A stretch of 64,000 bases of DNA from Octopus vulgaris. Taxonomy: Eukaryota. The stretch covers positions 80,166,001-80,230,000 of the forward strand of contig OX597823.1 of the NCBI GenBank assembly GCA_951406725.2. Reading direction: 5' to 3'. The number at the start of each line of letters is the position of its first letter. Position 1 is the stretch's first letter. The translations under genes were made by a program, and so were the position numbers. The notes beneath the pieces are model-generated. The model was not told the origin of the DNA and searched no databases. It saw nothing but the letters and a program-made list of their open reading frames with translations. Below, piece after piece: positions 25,506 to 40,134 of the stretch.

Positions 25506-26316
25506 TCGTAAAAGTATGTTTAAAAAAAAAACAGATTGACTATCTGTTTGCGAGAAGAAGACCATATATAGTCAAAGTTTAAAACGTTCGTTGGTAAAAT
25601 ATCACAAATAAACTGACATAAAAACGCTCTCTTTTTACATCGGTGTTCGTGTTTATATCTGTATGCGTGGGCAACATAAGTTCGTAAAAACCGAATTAAG
25701 AGAATGGTATATTGAGGTTTGAGAGAATGTGAGACAAGGAGTGAACTGGTCGCTGTTTCCTCTAAACTTAACGCCTGTGCGCATATTCGCGTGTTGAAAT
25801 CAAGAAAGCGGGAAGATGTATGCACACAAGATGTTCAAGATGGAATCGGAATTGAGGAAAATTAAGTTATGCTTTCGTGCATGGATGCGCACATATTTTG
25901 CAAAGGAAGAGAGGACTTGCACACAACCACAATACAAATTTTTGCATATTTGCAGCAACAGAATTAGAGGGATTGTCGACAGGCAATGAGGTGTTCTATG
26001 CCTGAAAGAAAAAGTCACCCACTATTTATCGTTGTTTGGGTGAAGAGGAAAGTTCCAAGATTCGATTTGAGTATTTTTGCGCCCGAAGATCATAAAATTC
26101 GAGAATGGTGGACAAAAACCAATGAGATTGCAAGGAAACGAACGATTAACCACATGTTGAAAGCTAAGTCATTTTCAGCCAATTCTATCAGCATTACTCT
26201 TAATCGAATTAATTGCCTCCTCACATTAAATTCTCAGGGCGGTAGACATCAGACTATCAATAGTTTAGAAGATACTCAGCTGCTACATGCACACACACGC
26301 ATACACACACACACAC

Positions 26317-26758
<442 letters not shown>

Positions 26759-26853
26759 TATATATTATATATTTATATTGTGAAATTTGATTTAATACTA
26801 AATTGAATTTTACCCTGTAAGTTTGGAGTTATACTCCCAAATATTATATATAT

Positions 26854-26948
<95 letters not shown>

Positions 26949-27102
26949 TATGCATGTATGTATGTATGTATGTATGTATGTATTAGTGTTTGTTTTTATG
27001 TCAGGTTATGATGAAAAACAATCTAGCAAATGAAATTTAAGAATTACTCAATAATTCTTTCTTTTGTAGAGTACATATTTATTGTATTTTTACAAGAGAA
27101 AT

Positions 27103-27146
27103 GACGTAACTTCAAAGTTCCAGTCTGCTTGCCTTCATCGGACTAT
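27103..27146 (-). ncRNA. Degenerate hammerhead ribozyme
   Basis: Minus TAGT-CCGATGA-AGGCAAGCAGACT-GGAAC-TTTGAA-GTT-ACG, then AATAAA; abuts (CA)n. Confidence 0.5.
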
Positions 27147-27203
27147 CCGGAGTCTAGTACACACACACACACACATACACACACAAACACACACACATAT
27201 ATA

Positions 27204-27235
<32 letters not shown>

Positions 27236-27257
27236 CATGCATACATACATACATATA

Positions 27258-27362
<105 letters not shown>

Positions 27363-28663
27363 GTGTACCCCTATCTTTGCTCATCATATTCAGATAAATT
27401 TTCTTATTTTTATGTATGTATCTGGAAGCCATGTTCGTTTTATATTTTCGTTTCTCTTACGTTGATAATATCCTTGGGAAAGAAAAAAAAGAAAACTTTC
27501 ATGCGACAACTTCCGATAGTGTGTGTACCCACTCCTGAAAGACGTTTTTACTCCCATGCTTACGTAAAGCATCTTTTTCTCTTCTTTATTTATTTCATAT
27601 AAAAATATTTGTAAACCATATGACATGTGACTCATATTTCATGAGAACAAGGGGAAACCCTGCGAGAACGCTTGATGTGCATGATTTAGCATCCACAGCC
27701 CTCATAATCTACATACAGCATTTAAAAAAAAATAGGAAGGATGTATTGCATAATGTCGGGACTTTATGTCAGAAATAAAAAAAAAACTTATAACTCATTT
27801 GTTTCTCATTTCTTCCTGATGCTTTCTGCTCTCTCAGCAATCACCCGTTTATTACATATGAAACCAAGTCTTAGATTTACAGCGGTAGATTAAAAAGGTT
27901 ATGAGAATGTGTAAATTTTATGCCTTTTTTGATACATAAGTGAATTTTCTGCAGCTGAATAAAATAACTACATGCTTCGGAGTACACATTACCCATTGGG
28001 AATTTTAACCTCCAATTTAAGGGGTCCTTTGCGTAAATATTTATATACATGATTACGCTAAGGAAAAAATAGTGGGGCCATTAAATCGAAAAATTTTCTA
28101 TAGCTGGTGATGTGGTTGTTGTTGGTATGATTGTGGTGGGAGGTGATATCGCTGGCGTTAGCGCTGGCGTTAGCGCTGGCGTTAGCACTGGCGTTATCGC
28201 TGGTGGTGTTGCGGTGGTTGTGTCGATGGTAGAAGTGTTTTATCTTATTGTGAATCTCCTATTCAACCTGTTGGGGGATATTTTCAAGATTGATGCTTCT
28301 TCTTTCTTTCTTTTCTAAATTCTTTCTCTCCCCCTCACCATTCCCTGACGAAGATGCTTCCTGGCGAGCCAGTCAACTTAACCTCTTAGTACAACGTATC
28401 TTCGAAGTCGGAGAAGTCTATGGAAGTGAGAGTATTTGTGAGTATGTTTGCAGTCTGGTAGATTAACTCAAGGAGATTCACTTTAGATTGTAGTGGTGTT
28501 GACAATAGCGTCCTCTTGTGCAATGTGGCATTTGTGTTTGCTGCTGTTGCGTCGGCACCCTTATTTTCATTGCGGCGAACATAAAAACTTTAGATGGTTT
28601 GTGTTACCGCGTATGTGACACCCTAACATTCTACCTTCAATCAACACCAAGTGTTGCAAGCCA

Positions 28664-28792
<129 letters not shown>

Positions 28793-28930
28793 AAGAAGAA
28801 GAAGAAGAAGAAGAAGAAGAAGAAGAAGAAGAAGAAGAATATGACAAGAAGAATGAATGAGACCTCAATATTATGTAAAATAGAGGAATTTATTTATAAA
28901 TATAATATGTGACAATTAGTTTGTTGACAA

Positions 28931-28990
28931 AATAAAACTCAGAGTTTCGGATGCGGGGCTGAAGTCTGCTCCGGCATCTCATCAGTTATA
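28931..28990 (-). ncRNA. Type I minimal hammerhead ribozyme in an inverted PLE-like repeat
   Basis: Minus ATAA-CTGATGA-GATGC(CGGAGCAGACTTCAGCCCC)GCATC-C-GAAAC-TCTGA-GTT-TTAT; its 3' flank is repeated inverted at about 29006-29048. Confidence 0.8.
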
Positions 28991-29314
28991 GCGTTTGTTT
29001 TAATAAAACTTTGAGTTTTATTATGACAACCAGCTAATTGTCACATATGATGTGTGTGTGTATGTATTAAATTATTGATACGGAAGAGTGTATTGAAAGT
29101 TTTATTAAACGCAACAATCGTTTTGGCTTACTTCTGCACTGCTCCTTAGTGGGTGGGTCACGATATAATGGAATCGAATGCATCCATAGTGCAGAAGAAA
29201 CATCCACAGTTTACATAACCGATTTCAATATTATAAGATGATCTGCTAAAAGTGAACTGCTACAAACACAAGTACGGTGCCAGCATCATCCTGCCACACA
29301 TATTAGCGAGATGT

Positions 29315-29703
29315 TTTTGGAAGCACTCCGTCAGCTACGACGACGAGGGTTCCGGTTGATCCGAATCAACGGAACAGCCTGCTCGTGAAATTAACGTGTA
29401 AGTGGCTGAGCACTCCACAGACACGTGTACCCTTAACGTAGTTCTCGGGGATATTCAGCGTGACACAGAGAGTGACAAGGCCGGCCCTTTTGAAATACAG
29501 GTACAACAGAAGCAGGAAGTAAGAGTGAGAGAAAGTTGTGGTGAAAGAGTACAGCAGGGATCACCACCATCCCCTGCCGGTGACTCGTGGAGCTTTAGGT
29601 GTTTTCGCTCAATAAACACTCACAACGCCCGGTCTGGGAATCGAAACCGCGATCCTATGACCGCGAGTCCGTTGCCCTAACCACTGGGCCATTGCGCCTC
29701 CAC
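29315..29703 (-). mobile_element. SINE head B + tail X
   Basis: TSD TAGCGAGATGT; close match to 19733-20116. Confidence 0.92.
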
Positions 29704-30114
29704 TAGCGAGATGTACACCTTATAATACTGATGCTTTTTTGTATCTTGTGGAGCTTTTTCTGCACTATGGGTGCATTTCATTCCATTATATCGTTCCCCA
29801 CTCACTAGAAAGCAGTACATAAGTAAGACGAAACGGTTGTTGTGCCTAATAGAGCTTCCAGTACACTCTCTCTTCCGTATTAATCATTCAAAATATACAA
29901 AACGTGCACTGAGGAATTCCTTACGCAGATACTACAACAAAAGTGTTGTACTTTCGTGACGTATATATTTCTGCTTTTAGGATGTAAAATTGCGAATTAG
30001 CCACCCATATTATTTATAATTTTCACTTTTACTGGTTATGAAATCAGCGTATGATTTCAACGGAAATTTTATAAGATGACTTGGCGAGCTAAGTTTAACC
30101 CTAGGCGTAGTGTG

Positions 30115-30176
30115 AGCCACCGATGAGCATTAAGATGCGCTAAGCATCAAAATACGAAATGATCAATGATCTGGCT
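30115..30176 (+). ncRNA. Degenerate type I hammerhead ribozyme
   Basis: AGCCA-CCGATGA-GCATT..GATGC-GCTAA-GCATC..AATAC-GAAA-TGATCAATGA-TC-TGGCT; stem I AGCCA/TGGCT. Confidence 0.6.
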
Positions 30177-30314
30177 ATATCAGTGACCATAGCTATATTT
30201 GTCTTCCTTGTCAGTCATTAAGATAATGCTTCTGTGGCCATTGAGTTGTTTTGGGCTTTATTTCTAGCAATACTGGTGCTGACAACTGCCCTTTGTCACC
30301 TTAGTGACATATAT

Positions 30315-30528
30315 ATATTTCTTTGCTACCCACAAGGGGACAAACACAGAGGGGACAAACAAGGACAGAGAAACGGATTAAGTCGATTACATCTACCCCA
30401 GTGCGTCTCGGAAAGGATGAAAGGCAAAGTCGACCTCGGTGGAATTTGAACTCAGAACGTAACAGCAGACGAAATACGGCTACGCATTTCGCCCGGCGTG
30501 CTAACGTTTCTGCCAGCTCGCCGCCCTT
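30315..30528 (-). mobile_element. SINE S2 tail a with internal deletion
   Basis: Reverse complement of the S2 consensus seen at 9820. Confidence 0.88.
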
Positions 30529-31446
30529 TTAGTGGCGTATATACACTCACATATATACACACGCAAACCCTCACGGATGTACATATGCACATACGCGCAT
30601 AGGCATGGATGGATGGATGGATGGACGGGCGGACGGACGGACGGATGGACGTACAGTACATATCCACTTTACTGCATCAAAACTTTTCCGCATGAAACCT
30701 GTATAGAAACTAACACAACTGAACTGGCATTGTTCCTGCATGACAGTTGGATAACATTAGTAATATGAGTCACATAAGTTTATTACCAGTATTTCGTGTT
30801 AAAGTCTGCAAATATAATTTGCGACGAAAATGTAAAGACTGCTTATAATGCTCTGCATGATGGGTAGAGGTTGTCACGATGCAACTCACTAACATCTTAA
30901 TGTGGATCACACCAATATATACGACTGTATTATATATGCAAACACATAAACATATACAAGCTGACATATGTTAACACACACAAATATATATATATATATA
31001 TATACATATGTCTTAATCTATGCAGTAGATGACTGACATATATTAAATAGGCCCCAGAAGATTCAAAAGTAAAGTGAAACTCAGTGTCGTTTGAACTCAT
31101 AACGTTAAATTATATAACTAAAGTACCTAAGGGAATTTTATCCAGCGTTGTACTGACATTGCCATCCATTCATTCTTGTTAAGGGGAATGGAATATTAAC
31201 GATTATCAGCTGGAATAAATCCAGCGTAGTAAGAATGTGGTCTCCTCTACCGTAATGGATTAACTAATTCACTAATAATAGATTGAATGTCGAACAATTA
31301 ACAGCAATCAACTAAATTGCATTCTCTCCTTTATAGATAAACATCACTGTTGCTATGGTTATTCTGCAAGTCACTTGATTTTCTGTAGTACTCTCTTTCG
31401 ATAAATCATGTATTTTCACTGCGAGTTGCAATGCTACATATTTATT

Positions 31447-31483
<37 letters not shown>

Positions 31484-31631
31484 CTGTGTCTGTGTGTGTG
31501 TACCGGGGTAAACACATAAATGTGAAACAAGGTGGAAAAAGGAGTACTCAAATACCAGAGGTAGTGTAATATGCTTTATTTAAAAGCAGCAGAAATATAA
31601 CAAAAACAAAACTGCCCGACGAACGGGAACG

Positions 31632-31633
<2 letters not shown>

Positions 31634-31682
<49 letters not shown>

Positions 31683-32640
31683 ATGTATGTATGTATGTAT
31701 GTATGTATGTATGTATGTATGTATGTATGTATGCATGCATGTATGTATGTGTGTATGTGTGTGAGAGAGGGAGAGAGAAAATGGAATTCACGAGATTCTT
31801 TTTTTTTTCACGACGATCGTTTCGACCCATCATGCACCGGTGCCTCGTGAGTGAGAGGATGTACAAAAAGTGGCGGTACATTATAGGTGCAGATGTATCA
31901 AAATGTATCTCGTTTTTTAATCTCCGTTTCACTTATTTCGATTAGAATTCCTTTTGGTAGTTGTAGTTCGCTACCGCCTGCAGTGGAAATGGAAACCACG
32001 ATATCGCGATCTTACATACAACTTCCTAACCAGTAGACCATCCGCCTTGACTGTGTATACACTCACACACAAACACTCACACACACACCCACATACATAC
32101 ATACATACATACATACATACATACATACATACATACATACATACATACATACATACACACACACATACATACATACACACATACATACATACATACATAC
32201 ATACATACATACATACATACATACATACATACATACATACATACATACATGCATGCATGCATGCATACATACATACATACATACATACATACATACATAC
32301 ATACATACATACATACATACATACATACATACATACATACATACATACGTGTATCTGAATGTTATCTACTCTCGCTAAACTTTTTTGAATTTGAATATTT
32401 GAAACAGATATACATGCATACATACATACATACATACATACATACATACATACATACATACATACATACATACATACATACATACATACATACATACATA
32501 CATACATACATACATACATACATACATACATACATACATACATACATACATACATACATACATACATACATACATACATGTATCTGAATGTTATCTACTC
32601 TCGCTAAACTTTTTTTGAATTTGAATATCTGAAACAGGTT
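31634..32640. repeat. (TA)n/(TATG)n/(CATA)n arrays with a duplicated ~60-bp spacer
   Basis: TGTATCTGAATGTTATCTACTCTCGCTAAACTTTTTTGAATTTGAATA at about 32350 and 32579. Confidence 0.9.
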
Positions 32641-33559
32641 TTTATGATATGTTTTGTTAAGAGGCATTAGGTCATATTATATGAAGGAATATTATGTTGT
32701 ATCATATTAAGGGATAATTTGCAATATATTAAATATTATTATGTAATATACTAATGGTATTATGTTATATACGAAAGGAGTTCGTGAATTACAGAATATC
32801 TAAATGTAGAGACAATTGTAATTCACTCAAATATGAATGTCGGATGTTTAATTTGTGCGTTTTTAAATGTTCGTAAATATTTGAAAGAAAGGGTTGTCAT
32901 AATGAGAAATGGAAGGGGAAAATGCAGTGTGTTAGTTTGTGAACTTCCTTCTCTGGATTATTGATAATTGATTATTGATTATTGCCTATGGGGGAAAATT
33001 ACAGATACAAGTTGGACAAGGGTGAGTAAAAAAAGAATGCAATTTTTATTTGCATCACTTTTTAATTTACCATTGTATATTTGAGTGTATGTGGTACACA
33101 CAGATATTTTGACATTGCATTTAAACGTCTAACGGTTCACAGTTCCAAGTTCTATTCTCATTATATCCTCTAAATCAGTGATTCTCAACGTGGTCCCTAG
33201 GGCCCACCGGTGGTCCCCAGAGAATTCATAGCCATGAAAAAATTGAAGACATTTCAGATCTACACAATATTGTTCGATAATAAAGACACTGTTTGTTAAT
33301 AATTTTTTTGCAGGCAGAATAATAATAAGAAAACAAAATTGAATATTTATTCCATAAGAATCAATAATGTATAATATATAATCAATAATATATTACAATA
33401 AAAAATTACATAATTTAAATTTTACAACCACCCCAGTTTCATAATAAATTTGTTATTTTTAATAGATAACTACACAATATTGTTTAATAATAAATTTGAT
33501 ACTTTTAATTTATAGAAATAAAATATTATTTTTATTTTTTTAGGATCAGTTGTAATAAT

Positions 33560-35809
33560 TTCTGAACCAACTGCTAAAAAGGCAAAACTGAGGAACTACA
33601 AAGATTTTATCATGTTTGGTTTGTATCAGTAGACTCAAAACCTATGTGTCTTGAATGTGATGTCATCATGACAAATCATTCCATGAAGCAATTTAAGCTG
33701 GAACAGCACCAGAAATTAAGGTTTCCATCATTTTTTGGTAAAGGTAGGGAATATTTTTAGAATAAAAGGAAAATACAGCCAATCAAACTACCCGACTTCG
33801 TAAAGAAGATAAATACTGAAAAAGCAAAGACACTCAAACCAAGTTATTTGGTCTCTGAAATTATTGCCAAGGTTGCAGCATCTCAGATTTATGGTGAGAA
33901 ACTTGTCAAGCCTGCTATGATAGCTTGTGCAAATGAGGTTCTACTCTCGAGAACAATTCCACTTTCGAAAAAAAACAATTACAAGAAGACAGGATGAAAT
34001 GTCTAATTTTGTTGAGAAAAAGATTGTGGAAATTCTCAAAAGACAAATTTTTCTATCCAGGTTGATGATAGCACAGTTCATAACCAAGCAATCCTTCTGG
34101 TCTATGTCAAATTCATCCATGCAGATGATATAAGGGAAGAATTGTTATTCATTAAACGTTTGTCTGAAACTACTAATGGAGAAGACATATTCAATGAAGT
34201 AATGCAGTATCTATATATATAAAACTGTAGTTGTGTGAGTGTCTGTCCCCTTCGATTTAGATTCCTAACTACTCCCACATTTTGCGGTACAGTTTAACCA
34301 AATTCGGGTATCTTATAGTCGTGATTCATATCGAGCCCGTCTGAGTATTAGCGCGCGTCTACGATGAGTCTACGATTTTAAAAATAATTTAACATCATTT
34401 TTTATTCCATTTTAATGCATAATTTTTCGTGTGTCGATGGCGGCGGAGTTGGCATCCATGGTCACACCTGCACCTGTTTGCTTCTCCTCCTTCTTCCCTC
34501 CCTCGTGAAGCTGTGGGGAAGGGAGTGTAAGGAAATCAACGTCGTAAATCGTTGTCAAGGAGACCAGCGTTCTTTTAGAACAACGACTTCATGGCTTGAA
34601 GACACCAAAACAGAAATGGCTAAGAAAGCCCGAATTGGCATCTATAAGGGAAGTAACTCTCTAAAAATGCTTATATAGTTATTTCCCTTACAAACCCGAG
34701 CAACGCCGGGCGATACTGCTAGTTTTAATGATAAAAATATTCCATTGACTAATTTGATCAACATTGCATCAGAATGAGCTGCAGCCATGACTGGAAAAGT
34801 GAAAGGCTTTATTTCTAGAATGAAATCAGTTGCTCCTCACCTTTTTGTATATACATTGCATTATCCACAGACAGCATTTGGTGGCTAAGAATATTGGAGG
34901 ACACATGGAAGAAGCACTCAACACTACCATACATTCAATTAACTTTGTCAAATCAAACTCAGTGAATAATAGAGTCTTTATGCAATTTTGTGAAGATGAA
35001 GATTTTAAAACCCTATGGAAGTAAAATGGTTATCAAAAGCCTGAGCCTTGAAAGACTAGTGAAATTGTGGGAACCATTAATCAACCTTCTCCTGTTCAAG
35101 AGTCAGAAGATTCTTTACAGCTCCAAAAAGCAAGCTGATACAGCTAAAGAAATTTTAGGAAGGCTTTCTAAGTTTAAATCATAAATATTCTACTTGAGTG
35201 ATATTTTTAAAACTGAATCTGCTAAGGTAGAAAATCAGATTTGATCACCAGTTCTCAGAAGATAAAAGGGTATATGGGGAAATTAAAATTTTGGAAAAAC
35301 AAGTTTGAAAAAAGAATTTGGCATCATTTCAAAATTTTAACACCACTGTTCCTACATTAGAATGCATTGCTGCATGCATTGCCCATCTTGAAGGTCTTCA
35401 TGTAGACTTTGAGAGAAGATACAATGATTTATTGAAGATGGATTATCCACTCTGATTTGTAAACCTAAAAAATTATGAGCCAGGAGATGAACATTTTCGG
35501 TTGGCTGAAATGTTGGATTTGAAAGAGAATATGAAACTGAGAAGAGTTGAAAAAGAAGGTGTCTTTGCCTATATATCGATAAAGGAATCACACCCAAATA
35601 TTTGTCCACATGTAGAAGCAAGCATCACTTCTTTCCCTACCACATGGATGGTGGAATCTGCATTTTCAGCTGTTGGAGATACTTTAAGTAGAAAAAGAAA
35701 TAAATTAGTTGTCAACAGCAGAGGAACTATCAGATTAAGACTAAATGAGTTCATTAAAATTGATTATGGTATCTTGTGTCAGAAACACCAATATCAAGCT
35801 AGTCACTAG
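33560..35809 (+). pseudogene. hAT transposase pseudogene
   Basis: BED-like KPMCLEC..KLEQH; GEKLVKPA; QVDDST; AAAMTG; IHCIIHRQHL; FPTTWMVESAFS; many stops and frameshifts. Confidence 0.92.
34210..34722 (+). mobile_element. Non-autonomous Helitron inserted in the hAT transposase
   Basis: 5' TCTATATATATAAAA, 3' hairpin CCCGAGCAACGCCGGG + CTAG, inserted between A and T, no TSD. Confidence 0.92.
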
Positions 35810-37493
35810 CTGAATGGACTAAAAATGAACGACTTAATGAAAAAAGATTTTGATACCTTGTGTTTACTAAAATAAATTTTAAATTTTATCTTTTATTTGC
35901 TAAAATAAATTTTAAAGTGTAAATAGACTATTTTGTCATTTCATAAATATTTTAGTGTGAAAATAGAACAGCCTAAAGTAAAAGTAGAAGTGGTCCCCTA
36001 GAAACTTTTTCAAGTAAAAAATGGTCCCTGGGCTGAAAAAGGTTGGGAACCACTACTCTAAATTAATGAACTTTGTAATTACTTATCTTCCACTTGATTC
36101 AGTCATTAGACTGAGACCATGCTTGGCCACAGCCTTGAAGAATTTTTAGTCGAATGAATCGACCCCAGTACCTATTTTTTAAGCAAGGTACCTCTTTTGC
36201 CGAACCGCTTAGTTACGGGGACGTAAACGCGTTAACACTGGTTGTCAAGCGATGGTGGGGGACAAAGAAACCTCAGAAACCCAAGCACATTCACACATAT
36301 TTATATAATATATGACAGGCTTCTTTCAGATTCCATCTGCAAAATCAAATCACAAGGTTTAGGTTTTAAATTAAGCCAACATTTATGAGGGAAGTGGGTA
36401 GCCGATTGCCATTGGCCTGAGTTTACTGTTATTCATTAATACCATGAAGCTTAGGTTTTGAGTATTAGAAAGCAGAACTAAAATACCCGATTTCACTGTA
36501 CACGTGAAAAATTTACACGCAAAACGAAATCGTTTGTTTTGGTTTCTTTATTTTACAGTGTTTGTTCATGCAGCTCCGAGAAACGATTTGTATTAAGTGC
36601 TTAAGCTGTGCGATACCATTTTATTACGTCAATACCAAGTTAATATCAATATAGTTGTGGCTGTTGTTATTGCTGTTATAGTTGTTTTTAATACAGTTGT
36701 TACAAATGGAAAGTAAAGCCTTATTGTTGGAGATCCTATCATCTAACTAATGAATCCCTTTTCAGTTCTATATTACCGCTGCTGCTTGCAGCAATAAGTC
36801 AATTTACATCGTAATATTTATTCACAATGAAGAAGAGTGGGTGTTTAAGAGTTCGTTTTTGTTTTTGTATATGTGTAAGTGTGTGTATGTATCTGATTTC
36901 ATTATAATGCTAGTGACAGAATACATATTATTGATAGCACGATTGATAAGCTAACTATCATATAGACTCAGCCATTAGCAGCTCGCTGCTAATGTAGTTG
37001 ATTTGGTAGTGGAGAATCTGAAAGAAAATATTTCCATCAGATCTGCTCAAGTAAGCGTAGAACGCAAAGAGTAACGCATGGCACAAAAGGGAAATACTTA
37101 ACAGCCAATTTTGATATATTTATTCTTGGACTACACAATACATTCTGTCGTATATTTATGTATATTGTGTTTGTTTCGCGATTGCTACGTCATATGTTTC
37201 TAATGTACTTTCCAGGCAGTTTTTAAGACTCTAGAAATTCGTATGGGAAATTTTGATTAGATGGTTACTATTATATCTTGCAATTGATAAATTACAGCAG
37301 TTGTATTCTTTGCTGTGGATGCAATCGTTTACATAACTGAATATCAGAGTCACTGAAAATAAAAGTTTAGCCCCTACATCATCTCATCAATAACTCTGTA
37401 CTGTATATAAAAACAAGTATGATCCATAGAAATTTATGTACACACACAGAAACACACACACACACACATACATACAGACACAGACACACACAC

Positions 37494-37597
<104 letters not shown>

Positions 37598-38919
37598 TAA
37601 TATAGGATAGAATTTTTCGAAAAAAATTCTATCAATGGCCAGCATATTAAAAAATACCTTTAAAGGTTAAATTTATAAACAATTTATAAGTAAGGGCAAA
37701 AGAAAAAATTTTAAATGCCAAAATAATCCTTTGCATCGTATGAACAAGGTATATAATTTTGGGGAAGATGATTGTCGATTATATCAACTTCAAAGCTTGT
37801 TTTATTATCGACCTCGAAGGATGAAAAACAAAAATCGATCTCGGCGGAATTTGAACTTCATATATTGATTTTAAAGTTTGGCAGGAGGACAGCAGTTTCG
37901 GAGTAAATGAGTAAGTCGACATCGTTCGTCGTCCTCCAGTGTCCAGCTGGTACTTATTCTATCGACCCCGAAAGGATAAAATGCAAAGTCGATCTTGGAT
38001 GAATTTGAACTCAGAACGTAAGGACAGATGAAATATAGCTAGGCATTTTACTCGGTGTACTAATGCTTCTGCTGGGTCATCGCCTTATATATATTGAATA
38101 ATATTAAATCTGAAACTGCTGTCTCTGTTTGTGTTTACGTAAACAGATATATCTATCTAATATGTGTATGTTTGTATTACTGTCTGTGAATACATGCTTG
38201 TTATATGTTAATGTATGGGTATATATGTTAGTGTACGACTTTTAGCAATAGGAATTTTATAAAGGAATCGCTAAATAGCAAAATAGAATAATTATGTTTA
38301 CGTCTAAAGCACACCAACGTATAAGTGTACACGTACACACATATATACAATGATACTTAATGAATGTCATTGACCTCATATAGAATACGATACTCTACAA
38401 AAACTCTTTCTGACATGTGCTTGGCACTTGTACTTATATTCCTTGTCGTTTTACTCCCACTGCTCTTACAATATCCTCAAATAACTTTTATCTTTTATTG
38501 TGGTCATACTGGGTCACCGCCCTGAAAAGTTCAGTCGAATAAATCGACCCCGGGGCTATTTTTTTTCCATTTTAAAGTCTGGTATTTATTCTATGAGTCT
38601 TATTTGGTGAACTATTAATAGACTATCCTAGGGGACGTCAACAAACCAACAGCGCTCGTCAAGTGATATAGAAGACAAGCACGGACACATCATACTTATA
38701 TACATATACACACAGATACATACACACATATACACATGCACATACACACACAGAGTCATATATAGATGCTGGGGCGTGGCTGTGTGATAACAAGTTTGCT
38801 TCACATTTCCGGGTTCAATGTCACTGCGTGTCACCTTGAGCAAGTATCTTCAACTATAACCATGGAGCCGACTAAAGCCTTATGAGTGGATTTGGGAAAT
38901 GGAAGCTGAAAGAACCTTG

Positions 38920-39012
<93 letters not shown>

Positions 39013-39208
39013 CGTACCTCCACCACCGCTTGACTACCGGTGTCGAGGTGTTTAGCAGTTCGGCAAAACTGAGCGATAAAATAAATGCCAGACTTTAAAA
39101 AGAATTAAACACTGAGGTCAATTTGTCCAACATATTGCCATTGCCCCAGCATGACTGTAGTCTAATGATTGAAGCAAGTAACAAATATATAGATAGATAG
39201 ATATATAC

Positions 39209-39240
<32 letters not shown>

Positions 39241-39487
39241 TTCTTTATTGCCCACAAGGGGCTAAACATAGAGGGGATAAACAAGGACAGACAAAGGGAT
39301 TAAGTCGATTACACCGACCCCAGTGCGAAACTAGTACTTTATTTATCGAAAGGATGAAAGGCAAAGTCGACCTCGGCGGAATTTGAACTCAGAACGTAAC
39401 GTCAGACGAAATACGGCTTCGCATTTCGCCCAGCATGCTAACGATTCTGCCAGCTCGCCAACTTAAAATATATATTTACATATATTT

Positions 39488-39522
<35 letters not shown>

Positions 39523-39551
39523 ATCATATATATACACACATATATGTATAT

Positions 39552-39699
<148 letters not shown>

Positions 39700-40134
39700 A
39701 GGGGTGGACAAAATAATGGAAATTCGATTGAATCACCTATTCACATTTTTATTTGAGACAATAGTTTCCCAAAACTCAAAATTCCTTTAAGAACTTTTAA
39801 TGAACTCCCACAGATTTCAGATCAAATGTCATTGCATCATATTTATTTTTTTACATCTTGTATATTTTTAAGTGTGTTTTAACTCATGCATCCAATACTT
39901 TTACAAACCATCTGCCGCTGAAGAATGCAATCTTTGAACTATTTTATTGTTGTCTTAAGTTTGAGAATAACATACGCTTTTGAATAAACAATATTTCACA
40001 AGCAGACTGTCAAAATATTAAAATATGACTCAATTTTTGTTCAAATCGTTTTATTCAAGAATATAATGGTTAGTTCAACTGTCTACTATACATTGGTTAA
40101 GCTGTATCTGGCATTTTACGTCTCAGTGTATATT

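Larger units (their letters stand above)
33176..36055 (+). mobile_element. Full-length decayed hAT transposon (Buster/Charlie group)
   Basis: TIRs CAGTGATTCTCAAC / GTTGGGAACCACTA; 8-bp TSD CTCTAAAT. Confidence 0.93.

Noticed and set aside
28112-28318. Hydrophobic ORF VSAGVSAG as a membrane protein
   Set aside because: Driven by a 12-bp tandem repeat; no start or splice context
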